Shown here in pieces: positions 48,473-58,539 of a stretch of DNA of 64,000 nt (positions are counted from its first letter, which is position 1; every line of letters starts with the position of its first letter). The stretch lies in the NCBI GenBank assembly GCA_963674965.2, contig CAXXFL010000006.1, positions 96,001-160,000 on the forward strand, in the 5' to 3' direction. This DNA is from a bacterium (lineage in GTDB: Bacteria > RBG-13-61-14 > DATKZS01). Made by a program: the position numbers and the translations under genes. The notes beneath the pieces were generated by a model. That model saw nothing but the letters and a program-made list of their open reading frames with translations. It was not told where the DNA came from and searched no databases.

Positions 48473-49571
48473 AGGTGCAAGAGTGTTTCGGGTCCCCCAG
48501 ATATCCGCAGGGACAGGGGTTCATGGCGGCCACCAGCATGAAGCGGGAGGGATAGGTGATCGAGGCCACGGCCCGGCTGATGGTAACCAGGCCGTCCTCG
48601 AGCGGCTGCCGCATCACCTCGAGCACCTGCTTTTTGAACTCGGGAAGCTCGTCCAGGAAAAGGACGCCGTTGTGGGCGAGGCTTATCTCTCCCGGCTTGG
48701 GTATCTGTCCGCCCCCGATCAGGCCCGCGTCCGAGATGGTATGGTGGGGCGACCGAAAGGCCCTGGTGGCGATAAAGGGCTTGTCCTTCGAGAGGCGCCC
48801 GGCCACCGAGTAAATCTTGGTCGTCTCGAGTGATTCCTCGAAGGACAGGTCGGGCAGGATGGTGGGCAGCCTCTTGGAGAGCATGGTCTTGCCCGAGCCG
48901 GGAGGACCTATCATAAGAAGGTTGTGCCCTCCCGCCGCGGCTATCTCGAGCGCCCTTTTGGCGTGCTCCTGACCCCGCACGTCCGCGAGGTCGTGCTCGT
49001 AAACCCGCGAGGAATCGAACAGGGCGTCCACGTCCACCTTGGCCGGCTCGATTTGTGTCTCACCCCGGAAAAAACCCACCGCCTGGGCCAGGGTCGCGAC
49101 CGGATATACGGCCAGGCCGCCTACCACCGCCGCCTCGCTCGCGTTCTCATGCGGGACTAAAAGGCCCTTGACGTTTCTTTTCTTCGCCTCCACCGCCGCG
49201 GGCAACACCCCGGGAATGGAGCGAACCACGCCGTCAAGCGCCAGCTCGCCCAGCACCCAATAATCATGGAGGGCCGAGGCGTCGATCATGCCGTAGGCCC
49301 CCAAAACCCCGAGGGCGATGGGCAGGTCGTAGGAGGCCCCTTCCTTCTTGACGTCGGCGGGCGCCAGATTGGCCGCAATCTGAAAGGAGGTGGGGAAAGG
49401 ATACTCGCTGTTGGTGATGGCCGAGCGCACGCGGATGCGGCTTTCCTTTACCGCCGCGTCGGGCAGGCCGACGAGCTGGAACAGGAAGTTGCCCGGTACC
49501 AGGTCAACCTCGACGTCCACGGGAATGGCGTCCACCCCTAGGACCGCCGCGCTCTGGACCCGGCTCAGCAC
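48042..49571 (-). CDS. comM: YifB/ComM Mg-chelatase-like AAA ATPase
   Basis: [72 protein letters not shown]. Confidence 0.93.
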   Translation of the reverse strand: MLSRVQSAAVLGVDAIPVDVEVDLVPGNFLFQLVGLPDAAVKESRIRVRSAITNSEYPFPTSFQIAANLAPADVKKEGASYDLPIALGVLGAYGMIDASALHDYWVLGELALDGVVRSIPGVLPAAVEAKKRNVKGLLVPHENASEAAVVGGLAVYPVATLAQAVGFFRGETQIEPAKVDVDALFDSSRVYEHDLADVRGQEHAKRALEIAAAGGHNLLMIGPPGSGKTMLSKRLPTILPDLSFEESLETTKIYSVAGRLSKDKPFIATRAFRSPHHTISDAGLIGGGQIPKPGEISLAHNGVLFLDELPEFKKQVLEVMRQPLEDGLVTISRAVASITYPSRFMLVAAMNPCPCGYLGDPKHSCTCSTRQIENYRSRISGPLLDRVDLHVEVPAVNYRELSDERGGEPSESVRARVNAARNVQKNRFARSRARCNAEMASRQIRTYCKVDDAGHALLQKCVDRLGMSARAHSRILKVARTIADLEASESIQVAHLSEAVQYRTLDRKM

Positions 49572-49702
49572 GATTTGTATTCCTTGCTCAATATTTCCAA
49601 CCCATACTAATACTTATCACTTTCAGCCGCGTTTGCCAAACGCCCAAAACTTTGGCCGCCGCCTCGGCTTTTCCCGTCCTTGTTAAGGGGGACTCTTCTG
49701 GT

Positions 49703-51466
49703 ATGATCTTGGAAATGGACTTGAATGAAAAAATTGAGTCTATACCCGTCCGCCACCGGGCCGCGCTCACCTCGGCCGGACTGGCGGCCGTGTTTCTGTC
49801 CCTCGTGGCCTGGATATTCCACTACGGAGCGACGCTCATTAACGACGAATACGCGGCCATCGACTATATTTACCGCGTTATGGACCAGGGCTTTTTCCCC
49901 ACGCCTCACAAGCTGCATAAGCCCTTGTCCCTCGTCATGGGCCTCGCCTCGCGAGTAACCGAGTCGCCTTTGGGCTACGAGATACTCGTGGCGGCCTTCG
50001 CGGCCGTCTTCGTCTTTTTTCTTTACCTGGCCGCTAAAGAGACGATCGGGAAATGGCCCGCCCTGGCCGCCGCCATGGCCGTCGCCGCTCATCCCGACCT
50101 CATGTACTACTCATGCCGGGGATCGACCATCCTGCCTTTTTGCGCGCTTTGTTTCGCGGGGCTTTACGCCGCTATATTAAAGGACAAAATTCCGCGGGCG
50201 CTTTTTATTTACGCCGTCTGTTTTTTTCTGGCCGGACTGATACGCCCGGAGGCGTGGCTGTTCGGCGGTCCTCCCGTCATCTGGTGGTGGCCGGGCCTCA
50301 AGGACAAAAAGGGACTCATCCGTCTTTTCGCGGCCCTTTGCATTATCGGCATGGGCCCGGTCATCTGGTTCGGCAAGGACCTCCTGATCAACGGCGACTT
50401 AATGCACGGCATCCACGTGGCCACCAGGGACAAGGCGGTGGGAACGGGCGCGCCTTTCACGGCGCTGACCACGCTGAACTTCTTCCGGGTAAGGATACCC
50501 AACAAGATTTCCTGGCCCTTGGCGTGGGCGGGCCTGGCGGGAGCGGCCTGGTTTTTCCTGGACCTCTGCCGGGAAAGCGGAGGTGGGCTGAAGGGCGCGG
50601 CCAAGGCCGTCCTCCACCCCTTCATCGTCTCGCCCATCGTGGTCAGCTTCTACGTGTGGCTTATCGTCTATATGGGCGTTTATCCGGTCCAGCGTTACTG
50701 GTATTTCGACGCCGTCTTCGCCGTTATTTTCGCGGCCTACCTGGCCGGCAGGCTGCTTCCTCTCGTTTCGGCCGGGTATCCGGCGGCCTTGAAAATGGTC
50801 GTGATCGCCGCCTCCCTGGCCGGCGCCTTCTCCTTCGCCGTTTCCGGCCCCCGGGCGAGCGACCAGGACGGCTACTGGCTTCTCGCGGTGGCCGGGTTCT
50901 TCAGCCTTTTCCTGGCCTCCGCCATGCTCTGGGGCAGGGAAGCCGTCACAAGGTACAAGGAGTTTTCAATCGTCGCCCTGCTCGTGGTCATGGCCGGGTC
51001 CTATCTGGCTTTCCTCGGCATCCTTTACCCCAAGCTTTACACGGAACTTGAAGAGGAGGCCAAAGTGCAAAAAGAGATCACCCGAACGGCCACGTTCCTT
51101 ATGAACGAGATACCGCCGGGGCGCGGCGACAGGGTCCTCATCCCCAGCCGTCGCAACGAGCAGCTCAACTGGGAGTTCAGGGACCGGGAGATACCGGACG
51201 TGGTCATGTTCCGGGAGGCCTTTTATCTTAACGAGTTCAAGGGGGTTGATTTCCTCGACCTTCATCCCGACTGGATCGTCTACATCGACAAGGACTATCA
51301 GTTTTGGGGACCGGACAAGATGTTCAAATGGCTCTCGGTGCAGGACCACGCGAATCTGGGCGGAGTCAAGATCGACCTCGCCACCGAACTGGACCGGGTC
51401 AGGGTGTTCTCGGTCGATTACCCGCCGGGTCATCCGGCCAAGGCCCCTCTTCCCCCGATTCCATGA
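49703..51466 (+). CDS. Polytopic membrane protein, possible GT-C-fold glycosyltransferase
   Basis: Many TM segments, an early acidic DE loop, HKPL, GLIRPEAW, RY motif and a soluble C-terminal domain; start uncertain. Confidence 0.55.
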   Translation: MILEMDLNEKIESIPVRHRAALTSAGLAAVFLSLVAWIFHYGATLINDEYAAIDYIYRVMDQGFFPTPHKLHKPLSLVMGLASRVTESPLGYEILVAAFAAVFVFFLYLAAKETIGKWPALAAAMAVAAHPDLMYYSCRGSTILPFCALCFAGLYAAILKDKIPRALFIYAVCFFLAGLIRPEAWLFGGPPVIWWWPGLKDKKGLIRLFAALCIIGMGPVIWFGKDLLINGDLMHGIHVATRDKAVGTGAPFTALTTLNFFRVRIPNKISWPLAWAGLAGAAWFFLDLCRESGGGLKGAAKAVLHPFIVSPIVVSFYVWLIVYMGVYPVQRYWYFDAVFAVIFAAYLAGRLLPLVSAGYPAALKMVVIAASLAGAFSFAVSGPRASDQDGYWLLAVAGFFSLFLASAMLWGREAVTRYKEFSIVALLVVMAGSYLAFLGILYPKLYTELEEEAKVQKEITRTATFLMNEIPPGRGDRVLIPSRRNEQLNWEFRDREIPDVVMFREAFYLNEFKGVDFLDLHPDWIVYIDKDYQFWGPDKMFKWLSVQDHANLGGVKIDLATELDRVRVFSVDYPPGHPAKAPLPPIP

Positions 51467-51549
51467 GCCTGATTTTCCACCCTCGCCGGCAAAGATTATA
51501 ATAAGACCGGCTATCGTCATTCACCCAACGAAGAAAAAGGAGACGGAGG

Positions 51550-52329
51550 ATGTCCAAAAAGTTTATCGCTTTTGTAATTCTTATACTGGCGGCCGCCGCC
51601 ATGGCCAGGGGCGACGCGCCCGATCCCCGGGCGATACTCGATAAGACCCTTGCCCGCGAGTACAAGGACATGAACATGAAGGTCCACCTGGTCAAGATCA
51701 GCAAAAGCGGCAAGGAGCGCCCCATGGACCTCGAGGTGTGGCTGAAGAAGACGGACGAGGTGACCAAGACCCTGGCCGAGTTCACGGCCCCGGCCGAGGT
51801 GGCGGGCATGAGGAGCCTGTCGTGGGACTACGCCGACCCCGAGAAAAAGTCGGACCGCTGGTTCAAGCTGGCGGGCATGCCCTACACTAAATGCGTGGGC
51901 AAGGCCTGCTCGAGGATGGAGGAGCGTTTCGGGTTCTCGATGGATATTTTCGCCCTTGACGTCAACGACGCGGATCACGCCCTCCTCGGGGAGGACGAGG
52001 TTAACGGCTCCCCCTGCTACAAGATCGAGAGCGTGGCCAAGGACAAGGACAACGCCAACGGCGTCCGCTTCGTCACCCTGGTGGACAAGGAAAAGCTGGT
52101 GGCCCACAAGATCGAGTCCTTTGACAAGGACGGGAACGCCCTGGCCGTCTCGACCTTCACGGAGTTCAAGACGCTGGGAAACCACTGGTGGGAGACCAAG
52201 GGAGAGCTGGACAAGCTCGACTCGGGCAAGAAGCTCAGGTTCGAGATATCGGAGACCAAGGTGGACGAGGGGATAGACGACGCTATGTTCGAGCCGCCCA
52301 AGATTTTCTCGGTGGAGGAAAATGAATGA
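51550..52329 (+). CDS. Outer-membrane lipoprotein-sorting (LolA-like) protein
   Basis: Signal peptide, FTAPAEVAG, CYKIES, EFK..G..W, GIDDAMF.P. Confidence 0.7.
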   Translation: MSKKFIAFVILILAAAAMARGDAPDPRAILDKTLAREYKDMNMKVHLVKISKSGKERPMDLEVWLKKTDEVTKTLAEFTAPAEVAGMRSLSWDYADPEKKSDRWFKLAGMPYTKCVGKACSRMEERFGFSMDIFALDVNDADHALLGEDEVNGSPCYKIESVAKDKDNANGVRFVTLVDKEKLVAHKIESFDKDGNALAVSTFTEFKTLGNHWWETKGELDKLDSGKKLRFEISETKVDEGIDDAMFEPPKIFSVEENE

Positions 52330-53476
52330 CCGGAATACCGGCGCCGGGCGGTCGGGTAAGTCTTCTCTGACCCGCCCTCTCCTCCTCGCGGGCCTGGGCC
52401 TTATCATGGCCGCGTCGTTCCATTGCCGCGACAAGGAGAAAACTTCCGCCGCGCCAAAACGGATCAAGGTGCAAAGGGGGCCGCTCGAGCTTTTCATCTC
52501 GGCCCCCGGACGCGTGGTCCCCCGCCGCCAGGTGACGATCAAGACCAGGGCCGCCGGCGAGGTCGCCGAAATACTCGTCAAGGCGGGAGACTCGGTTTCA
52601 ATGGGATCGATACTCCTTCGTCTCGATCCCGAGGCGGAGAAGGCAAGGCTGGCCAAAACCGAGGCCGAGTACAAGGCGGCCGAGGCCCTGGTCAGACAAG
52701 AGCGCGTGAAGCTGGCCCAGGAGCGGGACAACCTGAGCCGGGCCCAGTCTCTTTTTGATGACGGCCTTATAAGCCGGGCCGATTACGACGCGATAAGGCG
52801 AAGTCGCTCGCTGGCTCGGGACAACCTCGAGATAGCCCGAAGCCGCGAGGCGGCGACCGCTCGCGACCTTGACGAGGCTCGAGACCGCTTCTCCTATACC
52901 GAGGTCAAGTCTCCCTTGACCGGTATAGTCATCGGCCTCTCGGTCGAGAAAGGCCAGGTGGTGACCTCGGGCACCAGCGGCCTCGATTCCGGGACCCCCC
53001 TCATGACCGTGGCCGACCTTTCGTCTCTCTTGGTCGAGGCGTATATCGAGGAATCGGACGTGGCCGGCGTGAAAAGCGGCCAGGCGGCCCGCGTGACGGT
53101 GGACGCCTTCCCGGGCCTTCTTCTCGCGGGAGAGGTGAAAGAGGTCTCGCCCCAGGCTGAAAAGGACGGCTCGATTACGGTGGTGCGGGCGCTCATAGCC
53201 ATCAGGGACGACTGGCCCGATTCCCTCCGGCCCGGCATGAGCGCGTCCGTCGAGATCGTGACCCACGAGGTGGAGGACGCCCTGCTCGCTCCCGTTTCGG
53301 CCATACTCGAGAGAAGGGGCAAACCCGGGGCCGTGGTGATAAGGGACGGCGCCACCGCCTGGCGGGAGGTAACCCTGGGTCCGGGCGACTGGGAGAAGGT
53401 GACCATCGAGTCGGGACTGACGGCCGGAGACTATGTAACGCTTCCGCCCGAGGCTATCGGGCCTTATGGTTATTGA
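52322..53476 (+). CDS. Efflux RND/MacA-type periplasmic adaptor subunit
   Basis: Lipoyl-like halves (VKAGDSV, VKSPLTG..VEKGQVV) flanking a coiled coil; LRPGMSA. Confidence 0.88.
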   Translation: MNDRNTGAGRSGKSSLTRPLLLAGLGLIMAASFHCRDKEKTSAAPKRIKVQRGPLELFISAPGRVVPRRQVTIKTRAAGEVAEILVKAGDSVSMGSILLRLDPEAEKARLAKTEAEYKAAEALVRQERVKLAQERDNLSRAQSLFDDGLISRADYDAIRRSRSLARDNLEIARSREAATARDLDEARDRFSYTEVKSPLTGIVIGLSVEKGQVVTSGTSGLDSGTPLMTVADLSSLLVEAYIEESDVAGVKSGQAARVTVDAFPGLLLAGEVKEVSPQAEKDGSITVVRALIAIRDDWPDSLRPGMSASVEIVTHEVEDALLAPVSAILERRGKPGAVVIRDGATAWREVTLGPGDWEKVTIESGLTAGDYVTLPPEAIGPYGY

Positions 53477-54468
53477 TGGCTATGGACTTCCATAATACAA
53501 AGGTCTTATCCGTGCCGCTGGATTCCATTGACGACTCGAGGCGGCTTTTCCGGACTTCCATGTGCCGGGATGAAAAGCCGCTTATAAGGTCGATCGAGAC
53601 GGCGGGGATACTGTGCCCGGTGATCGTGAGAACCCTCGGGAACTCGGACCGCCGAGAGCTTGTTCACGGACACCGCCGAGTCGCGGCCGCGCGGGAGTTG
53701 GGGCTTGCATCCATTCCCGCGGCGGAACTGACGGGCGAAGAGGCCGATGACTCCCGGGCTTTCGACCTGGCCTTCTGGGACAACTGCGTCACCAGGGGCT
53801 TCAACCTTGCCGAGGCCTCGATGGCGGTCCGTAGCCTGATCCTGATCCGGGGCAAGGACGATCAATCCATCATCAAGACATATCTGCCCGCCATGGGGTT
53901 CCAGCCCTCGAAAAAGGTGCTCGACAATCTGGCCGCGCTTATCGAGCTTTCCCCCGGATGGCTCGAATATTTTATCGAGCGGGGCGTGTCGCTTAAGGTT
54001 GCCGGACAGATACTTAAGCTCCCCGAGGATGACGCGGGGGCCCTGTTTATGCTGGTCCAGTCCATCCGGCCCAACCAGAACCATCTTCGCGAGCTGGTTC
54101 TCCTCCTGGCCGAGGTGGCGGCGCGGGAAAAGCTCTCGACGCGGGGATTGATCGAGACTAAAGAAATCTCGGACCTTGTGGACCCGTCATGGGCCGACGC
54201 GAGGGCCCGGCACGACGCGGTCATGTCGCATCTCCGGAAAAGGAGAAACCCCGAGCTTGCGAGGTTCGACACCGGGGCCCGAGAACTGGCCGATCGATCG
54301 GGCCTTCCCTCCTCGGTCAGCATGAATACCCCGGCCCTGACCGACAAGCCCGTTCTTCGCTTTTCCCTCGAGTTAGCCTCGACAAGCGACGCGGCGTCCG
54401 CGGCCAAGGCCCTTTCGGACGAGGACTTTCTCGCACGTCTTCAAGAGTTTCTCGACGAGTGGAGCTGA
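53476..54468 (+). CDS. ParB/Srx N-terminal-domain protein
   Basis: LIRSIETAGILCPVIV and VHGHRRVAAA (GxRR Box II-like). Confidence 0.75.
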   Translation: MAMDFHNTKVLSVPLDSIDDSRRLFRTSMCRDEKPLIRSIETAGILCPVIVRTLGNSDRRELVHGHRRVAAARELGLASIPAAELTGEEADDSRAFDLAFWDNCVTRGFNLAEASMAVRSLILIRGKDDQSIIKTYLPAMGFQPSKKVLDNLAALIELSPGWLEYFIERGVSLKVAGQILKLPEDDAGALFMLVQSIRPNQNHLRELVLLLAEVAAREKLSTRGLIETKEISDLVDPSWADARARHDAVMSHLRKRRNPELARFDTGARELADRSGLPSSVSMNTPALTDKPVLRFSLELASTSDAASAAKALSDEDFLARLQEFLDEWS

Positions 54469-55535
54469 TGATCGAGCGGGTGTACATCAGTGAGGAGGCC
54501 GCCGCCCTTGATCGGTCTCGAACGGTGGCTGATGCCTTCGAGGCCGCCGGGGCGAAAATATTCGAGGGCCGTCCGGACCCCTCCGAGCTGGAAGGACGGT
54601 CCCTTGGCAAGAAGGCCCTTACCCTCGAGGTCTTCAAGGGCCCGTTTTATAAGCCCTGCCCTTGCTCGCGAGGAGTCTTCGGCTGCGGCTATAAAATTAT
54701 TTCACCACTTATCGGCTGCCCTTTCGACTGCTCCTATTGCGTGCTGAGGGAATATCTTAACGCGCCCACCATCGTGGCCTACGTGAACTACGAGGACATG
54801 CTCCTACGGCTCGAGCGGGAATTAGCACGACGGGGACCCGGACTTATCCGGGTGGGCACGGGAGAGCTTGGCGACAGCCTGGGCCTCGAGCCCGAGCTTG
54901 GCGTGGCCCAGACCTTGGTCTCCTTTTTCGCCGACAAGAAAAACGCGCTGTTCGAGCTGAAGACCAAGAGCGACCGCGTGTCCTCCCTTTTAAAACTGGA
55001 TCACGGCGGCCGGACTGTCATAGGCTTTTCCATCGGTCCCTCCCTGGTCGCCGAGGAGGAGGAAACGGGGTCAGCCCCCTTGTCCAAAAGGATCGAGGCC
55101 GCGTCTCTCTCGGCCCGGTCGGGCTATAAGACGGCCTTCCATTTCGACCCGATCATTGACCTCGATCCCCTGGCCGAGCCCGAGGAGTCGGTCGCCCCCT
55201 ACCTGGAGCCGGTCCGGATGATTTACGAGAGCGTCCCGCCCTCCTCGATCGCATGGATCAGCCTCGGCGCCCTCCGTTTCAGCCGCGGCCTTTATAGCGC
55301 GATCCGGGAGAGGGTCCCCGGCGGAAGGCTGGCCATGGGAGAGTTTTATCCCGGCTTCGACGGCAAGGCGCGCTATACGAGAATAAGAAGAAGACGCATG
55401 CTGGCGGCCGCGGCCGGGATGATTCTCGAGCGCCACCGCGACGCGCCCCTCTACCTTTGCATGGAGGACGCGGAGATGGTCGAAAAAGTCCTGGGCCGCG
55501 CCAGGCTTCCCTTTGACCCTCTGAGGCAAGGATAA
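54468..55535 (+). CDS. Spore-photoproduct-lyase-like radical SAM protein
   Basis: GCPFDCSYC (CxxxCxxC), KPCPC...CGY, GTGELGDSL, ELKTK, FHFDPII, YLCME; TGATG overlap with the ParB-like gene. Confidence 0.8.
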   Translation: MIERVYISEEAAALDRSRTVADAFEAAGAKIFEGRPDPSELEGRSLGKKALTLEVFKGPFYKPCPCSRGVFGCGYKIISPLIGCPFDCSYCVLREYLNAPTIVAYVNYEDMLLRLERELARRGPGLIRVGTGELGDSLGLEPELGVAQTLVSFFADKKNALFELKTKSDRVSSLLKLDHGGRTVIGFSIGPSLVAEEEETGSAPLSKRIEAASLSARSGYKTAFHFDPIIDLDPLAEPEESVAPYLEPVRMIYESVPPSSIAWISLGALRFSRGLYSAIRERVPGGRLAMGEFYPGFDGKARYTRIRRRRMLAAAAGMILERHRDAPLYLCMEDAEMVEKVLGRARLPFDPLRQG

Positions 55536-55811
55536 GTAGCTGGGGTGAACACTCGAGTTCCCGCCGCGTGGCCGTTCAGGTTTTTTGGCCCGTCCAGTTT
55601 CGCGGAAACCGCGCGGGTCCCGCGCGGCGGGATGGGTACAGGTTCCCGCATCTCTCGTGACCACGTCTTTTCACCGTTCTCCTTCATACGTATCCCACGA
55701 AAAAATCGAGATGGGGGCCGAAAATGTCCGAATGGGCCAACTCGGCCGAGGCCGGCGACGTAGGCAGGCCAAAGGTTGACGATTAAGGCGGGCGGAGAAG
55801 GGGTTGTCGAG

Positions 55812-56273
55812 CTAACTCGGGGCCGCGAGTTCGAGGATGTTAAGCCTCGCCGACAGAGGTAACGGAAACGAAGGATGGCCCTCGGCCAGGCGCGCTTTCA
55901 GACGGCGGGAGCCGCTCGCCACCCGGCCGGGCAAGTTGATCAGGTGGAAGCGGACGGCCTTCATCCGCCGGCGCCGAAAGCCTTGGCCGAGCGCCAGGCC
56001 CTTCATGGCCGCGTTAAGGTTGTAGGCCAGGATCATGAACATCCACCAGGCCGCGTTCTCGCCGAAATCGCCGGAGGGGAGTTTGCCCCCGGCCAGGTCG
56101 CCTTTCATCACCGAGCGCGCCTGCTCGCCTCGAGCGCCAACGTGACGGTCGAGAGACTCGCGAAGGCCGAACGCCTCGAAAAGATCAAGGTAGACCGGAA
56201 GCCCCGCATGGGAAGTCGAGCCCTCGTCAACTTTTGCCTACTCGTAATGGAAAGGAAGAACGCCTTGTGTCAT
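55812..56273 (-). mobile_element. Internally deleted IS1380-family transposase pseudogene
   Basis: N-terminus MTQGVLPFHYE*...AGLPVYLDL (in-frame TAG at 56238-56240) fused in frame to the C-terminus VMKGDLAGGKLPSGDFGENAAW...AYNL...INLPGRV; AAGGAGG RBS. Confidence 0.75.
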
Positions 56274-56413
56274 AATGGTTTCACCTCCTTAGTGATGGTT
56301 ATTGTGATTGATAACATTATAACGTCCCGTTCTCACGGGACTAACGAGGTTTTTTATTTTTTAGGCGGTGGGTTAGGGGGAAAAGTAACGATTATTATTG
56401 GAATAGGGACCGA

Positions 56414-56845
56414 TCAGACGTCTATGGCCGTCGGCATGCCCTCGCAGGTCACCTCGATGACCGTCTCCCCGCCGGGGTTCACGCCGGTGGTCACGTAAAC
56501 TATCCGGCCGCCCCCCCTGTCCACCTCCGTTACGCGAGCGGTAAAGGTGATCTCCTCCCCCACGTAGACGGGCCTAAGAAATCTCGCGTTGGCGCCAAGG
56601 GCGAGGATGGCGGGACCGGGGAAGAAATCCCCTCCAAAGTGAGTGAAAGCCGAGGCCACCAGCATGCCGTGCACGATGGGCTTTTTGAATCTGCCCTTTT
56701 CGGCGAAACCCGGATGCAGGTGGTAGGGGTTATGGTCCCAGGTCAGGTCGGCGAAGGCCTTGACCTCATCGGCCGTGAATATCCTGGTAAAGACGGCCTC
56801 CTGGCCGACCTCGATCTCGTCTATCGATCGTCCTATAACGGTCAT
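56414..56845 (-). CDS. MaoC-family dehydratase (hotdog fold)
   Basis: FADLTWDHNPYH, IVHGML, FLRPVYVGE. Confidence 0.88.
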   Translation of the reverse strand: MTVIGRSIDEIEVGQEAVFTRIFTADEVKAFADLTWDHNPYHLHPGFAEKGRFKKPIVHGMLVASAFTHFGGDFFPGPAILALGANARFLRPVYVGEEITFTARVTEVDRGGGRIVYVTTGVNPGGETVIEVTCEGMPTAIDV

Positions 56846-56878
56846 TTTACCAGTTCGCCCGGCGGGCCATGACGAGCA

Positions 56879-57322
56879 TTATTCAACCTCGCCAAAACGG
56901 ACCGAGCGAGGACCGGCCAGAAGGTAATAAACGAACAGGACCGTGAAAAGAGAGTCTCCCGAGGCCGCGAAAACGGCGAACCAGGTGGCCTTGCCGATAT
57001 GGAAAAGATAGAACCAGTTCACGGCCACCACCGTCTTGCCGATGATCCCCATCACGATTATGCCCCATTGCCTGGCCGGATCCAGGGCGATGATCAAGTA
57101 GCCGATCCCAAAGAAAAGCACGGCCCACCAAAGGCCGCGATTGAGAAATAAAGTCATGTAATCGGCGCCGGCCAAGCCGTAGAAAAGCCTCAAGTTTATC
57201 TCGGGAAAAATTATCGCCGGTATCGAGCCCAGAAGGTTCCACAGAGCGGCCACGAGAAAGAAACGCCGCCAACCCTCATACGACCATTGGGCCGGGTTCG
57301 GGTTTTTGCCATTCGATTCCAT
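56879..57322 (-). CDS. Hypothetical four-TM membrane protein
   Basis: Four hydrophobic segments; AALWN, FGIGY and GK motifs. Confidence 0.65.
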   Translation of the reverse strand: MESNGKNPNPAQWSYEGWRRFFLVAALWNLLGSIPAIIFPEINLRLFYGLAGADYMTLFLNRGLWWAVLFFGIGYLIIALDPARQWGIIVMGIIGKTVVAVNWFYLFHIGKATWFAVFAASGDSLFTVLFVYYLLAGPRSVRFGEVE

Positions 57323-57386
57323 GGGGAGTATCTTATATCAACGCGATCGCCGAATCAAAGCCCGGTGATCGGACCGGAGAGTAATC

Positions 57387-58178
57387 ATGAAAGCAATTTT
57401 TAAGGTCGTTCTTCTCTTCGTCGTAGTGATAATGGCCTTGCCCGCGGCTTCTTACGCCCTTCCACAGGGCGACCTTCTCGACGGCGTCGCTCCCGGAACG
57501 GACGGCATGATCGACGTGGTGACCGTTTTCGCCCACCCCGACGACGAGGTCGTCTACGGCGGCGGAACGCTTATCAAGCTCAGCCGCGACCCTCGCGTGA
57601 GGATTCACGTGGTTTGCCTCACCTTGGGCGACATGAGCGAGGCCAAGGACAGGCTTAAGATAACGCCCGAGCTACTCGGCCGGATTCGGACTCAAGAGCT
57701 CGAGACGGCGGCCTCGGTGTACGGCGCGGCTGACGTGGTCCAACTCGGCTATCGCGACCAGGGACTCGAGTCCGCCGACCCGAGGGAACTCGCCTCCAGG
57801 ATCGAAGAACAACTGGATGAATTCGGCGCCGAAATCGTGATCACCCACGACCCTCTCGGGATTACCGGCCACCCGGACCACGTCGCGTGCAGCGCGGCGG
57901 CGAAAGAGGCCTTTTCCTCGAGCCGGGCGCGAAGACTCTATTACGTCACCTATCCGAGGCGCCTTTACTGGTTTACTCCCATCCTGGCCTCGGGCGGCAA
58001 AAGGCCGGACCCGGAGTATCCCCGGTTCAAGGTCAACGTGGCCAAGGAACGCAAACTTAAAAAAATGGCCATGTACGCCCATGCCAGCCAGAAGCATTTC
58101 TCCGGGGTGGGCGCGGCCATGACCGTAACGGCCGCCTTCAGGTGGGAATGGTTCGCCCTGGCCGAGGAAAAGGATTGA
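57387..58178 (+). CDS. PIG-L/LmbE-family deacetylase with an N-terminal signal peptide
   Basis: AHPDDE, R..E, THDP.G..GHPDH, HASQ. Confidence 0.88.
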   Translation: MKAIFKVVLLFVVVIMALPAASYALPQGDLLDGVAPGTDGMIDVVTVFAHPDDEVVYGGGTLIKLSRDPRVRIHVVCLTLGDMSEAKDRLKITPELLGRIRTQELETAASVYGAADVVQLGYRDQGLESADPRELASRIEEQLDEFGAEIVITHDPLGITGHPDHVACSAAAKEAFSSSRARRLYYVTYPRRLYWFTPILASGGKRPDPEYPRFKVNVAKERKLKKMAMYAHASQKHFSGVGAAMTVTAAFRWEWFALAEEKD

Positions 58179-58332
58179 ACCTTTTTCACCAAGAGGGGCC
58201 GGCGGACATACTTTTGACCGATTTTGATGAAGTTGAATTCCGGGGCCGAGTCATACCAGAGAGGACCAAAAGGCACGAGCCGAGTCGTTCCCATTGTATT
58301 TAATCCAGAATAACCGTATATTGTCCTTGTAG

Positions 58333-58517
58333 GAGCTTCTTGCAAAAGTCCTTTTCTTTGCGGCATAGCCGCTTTGGAGTGCGGTCGCTTGAGACCGCTT
58401 TCGAGGGCCTTGGCTTGACAAGGCCTATTATTACACCGGCTTGCCTCGCGTCAAGCCGCTCGGAAGAAAAGCGGCGTCGAGTGCCGCACTCCAAAGCGGG
58501 AATTTTGCAAGAGGCTC
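58333..58517. mobile_element. MITE-like element with nested REP-like inverted repeats and a 5-bp target-site duplication
   Basis: TIRs GAGCTTCTTGCAAAA / TTTTGCAAGAGGCTC; perfect inner 16-bp IR CCGCTTTGGAGTGCGG (58369-58384, 58484-58499); TGTAG on both flanks. Confidence 0.75.
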
Positions 58518-58539
58518 TGTAGAATTTTGTTTTTAATCA

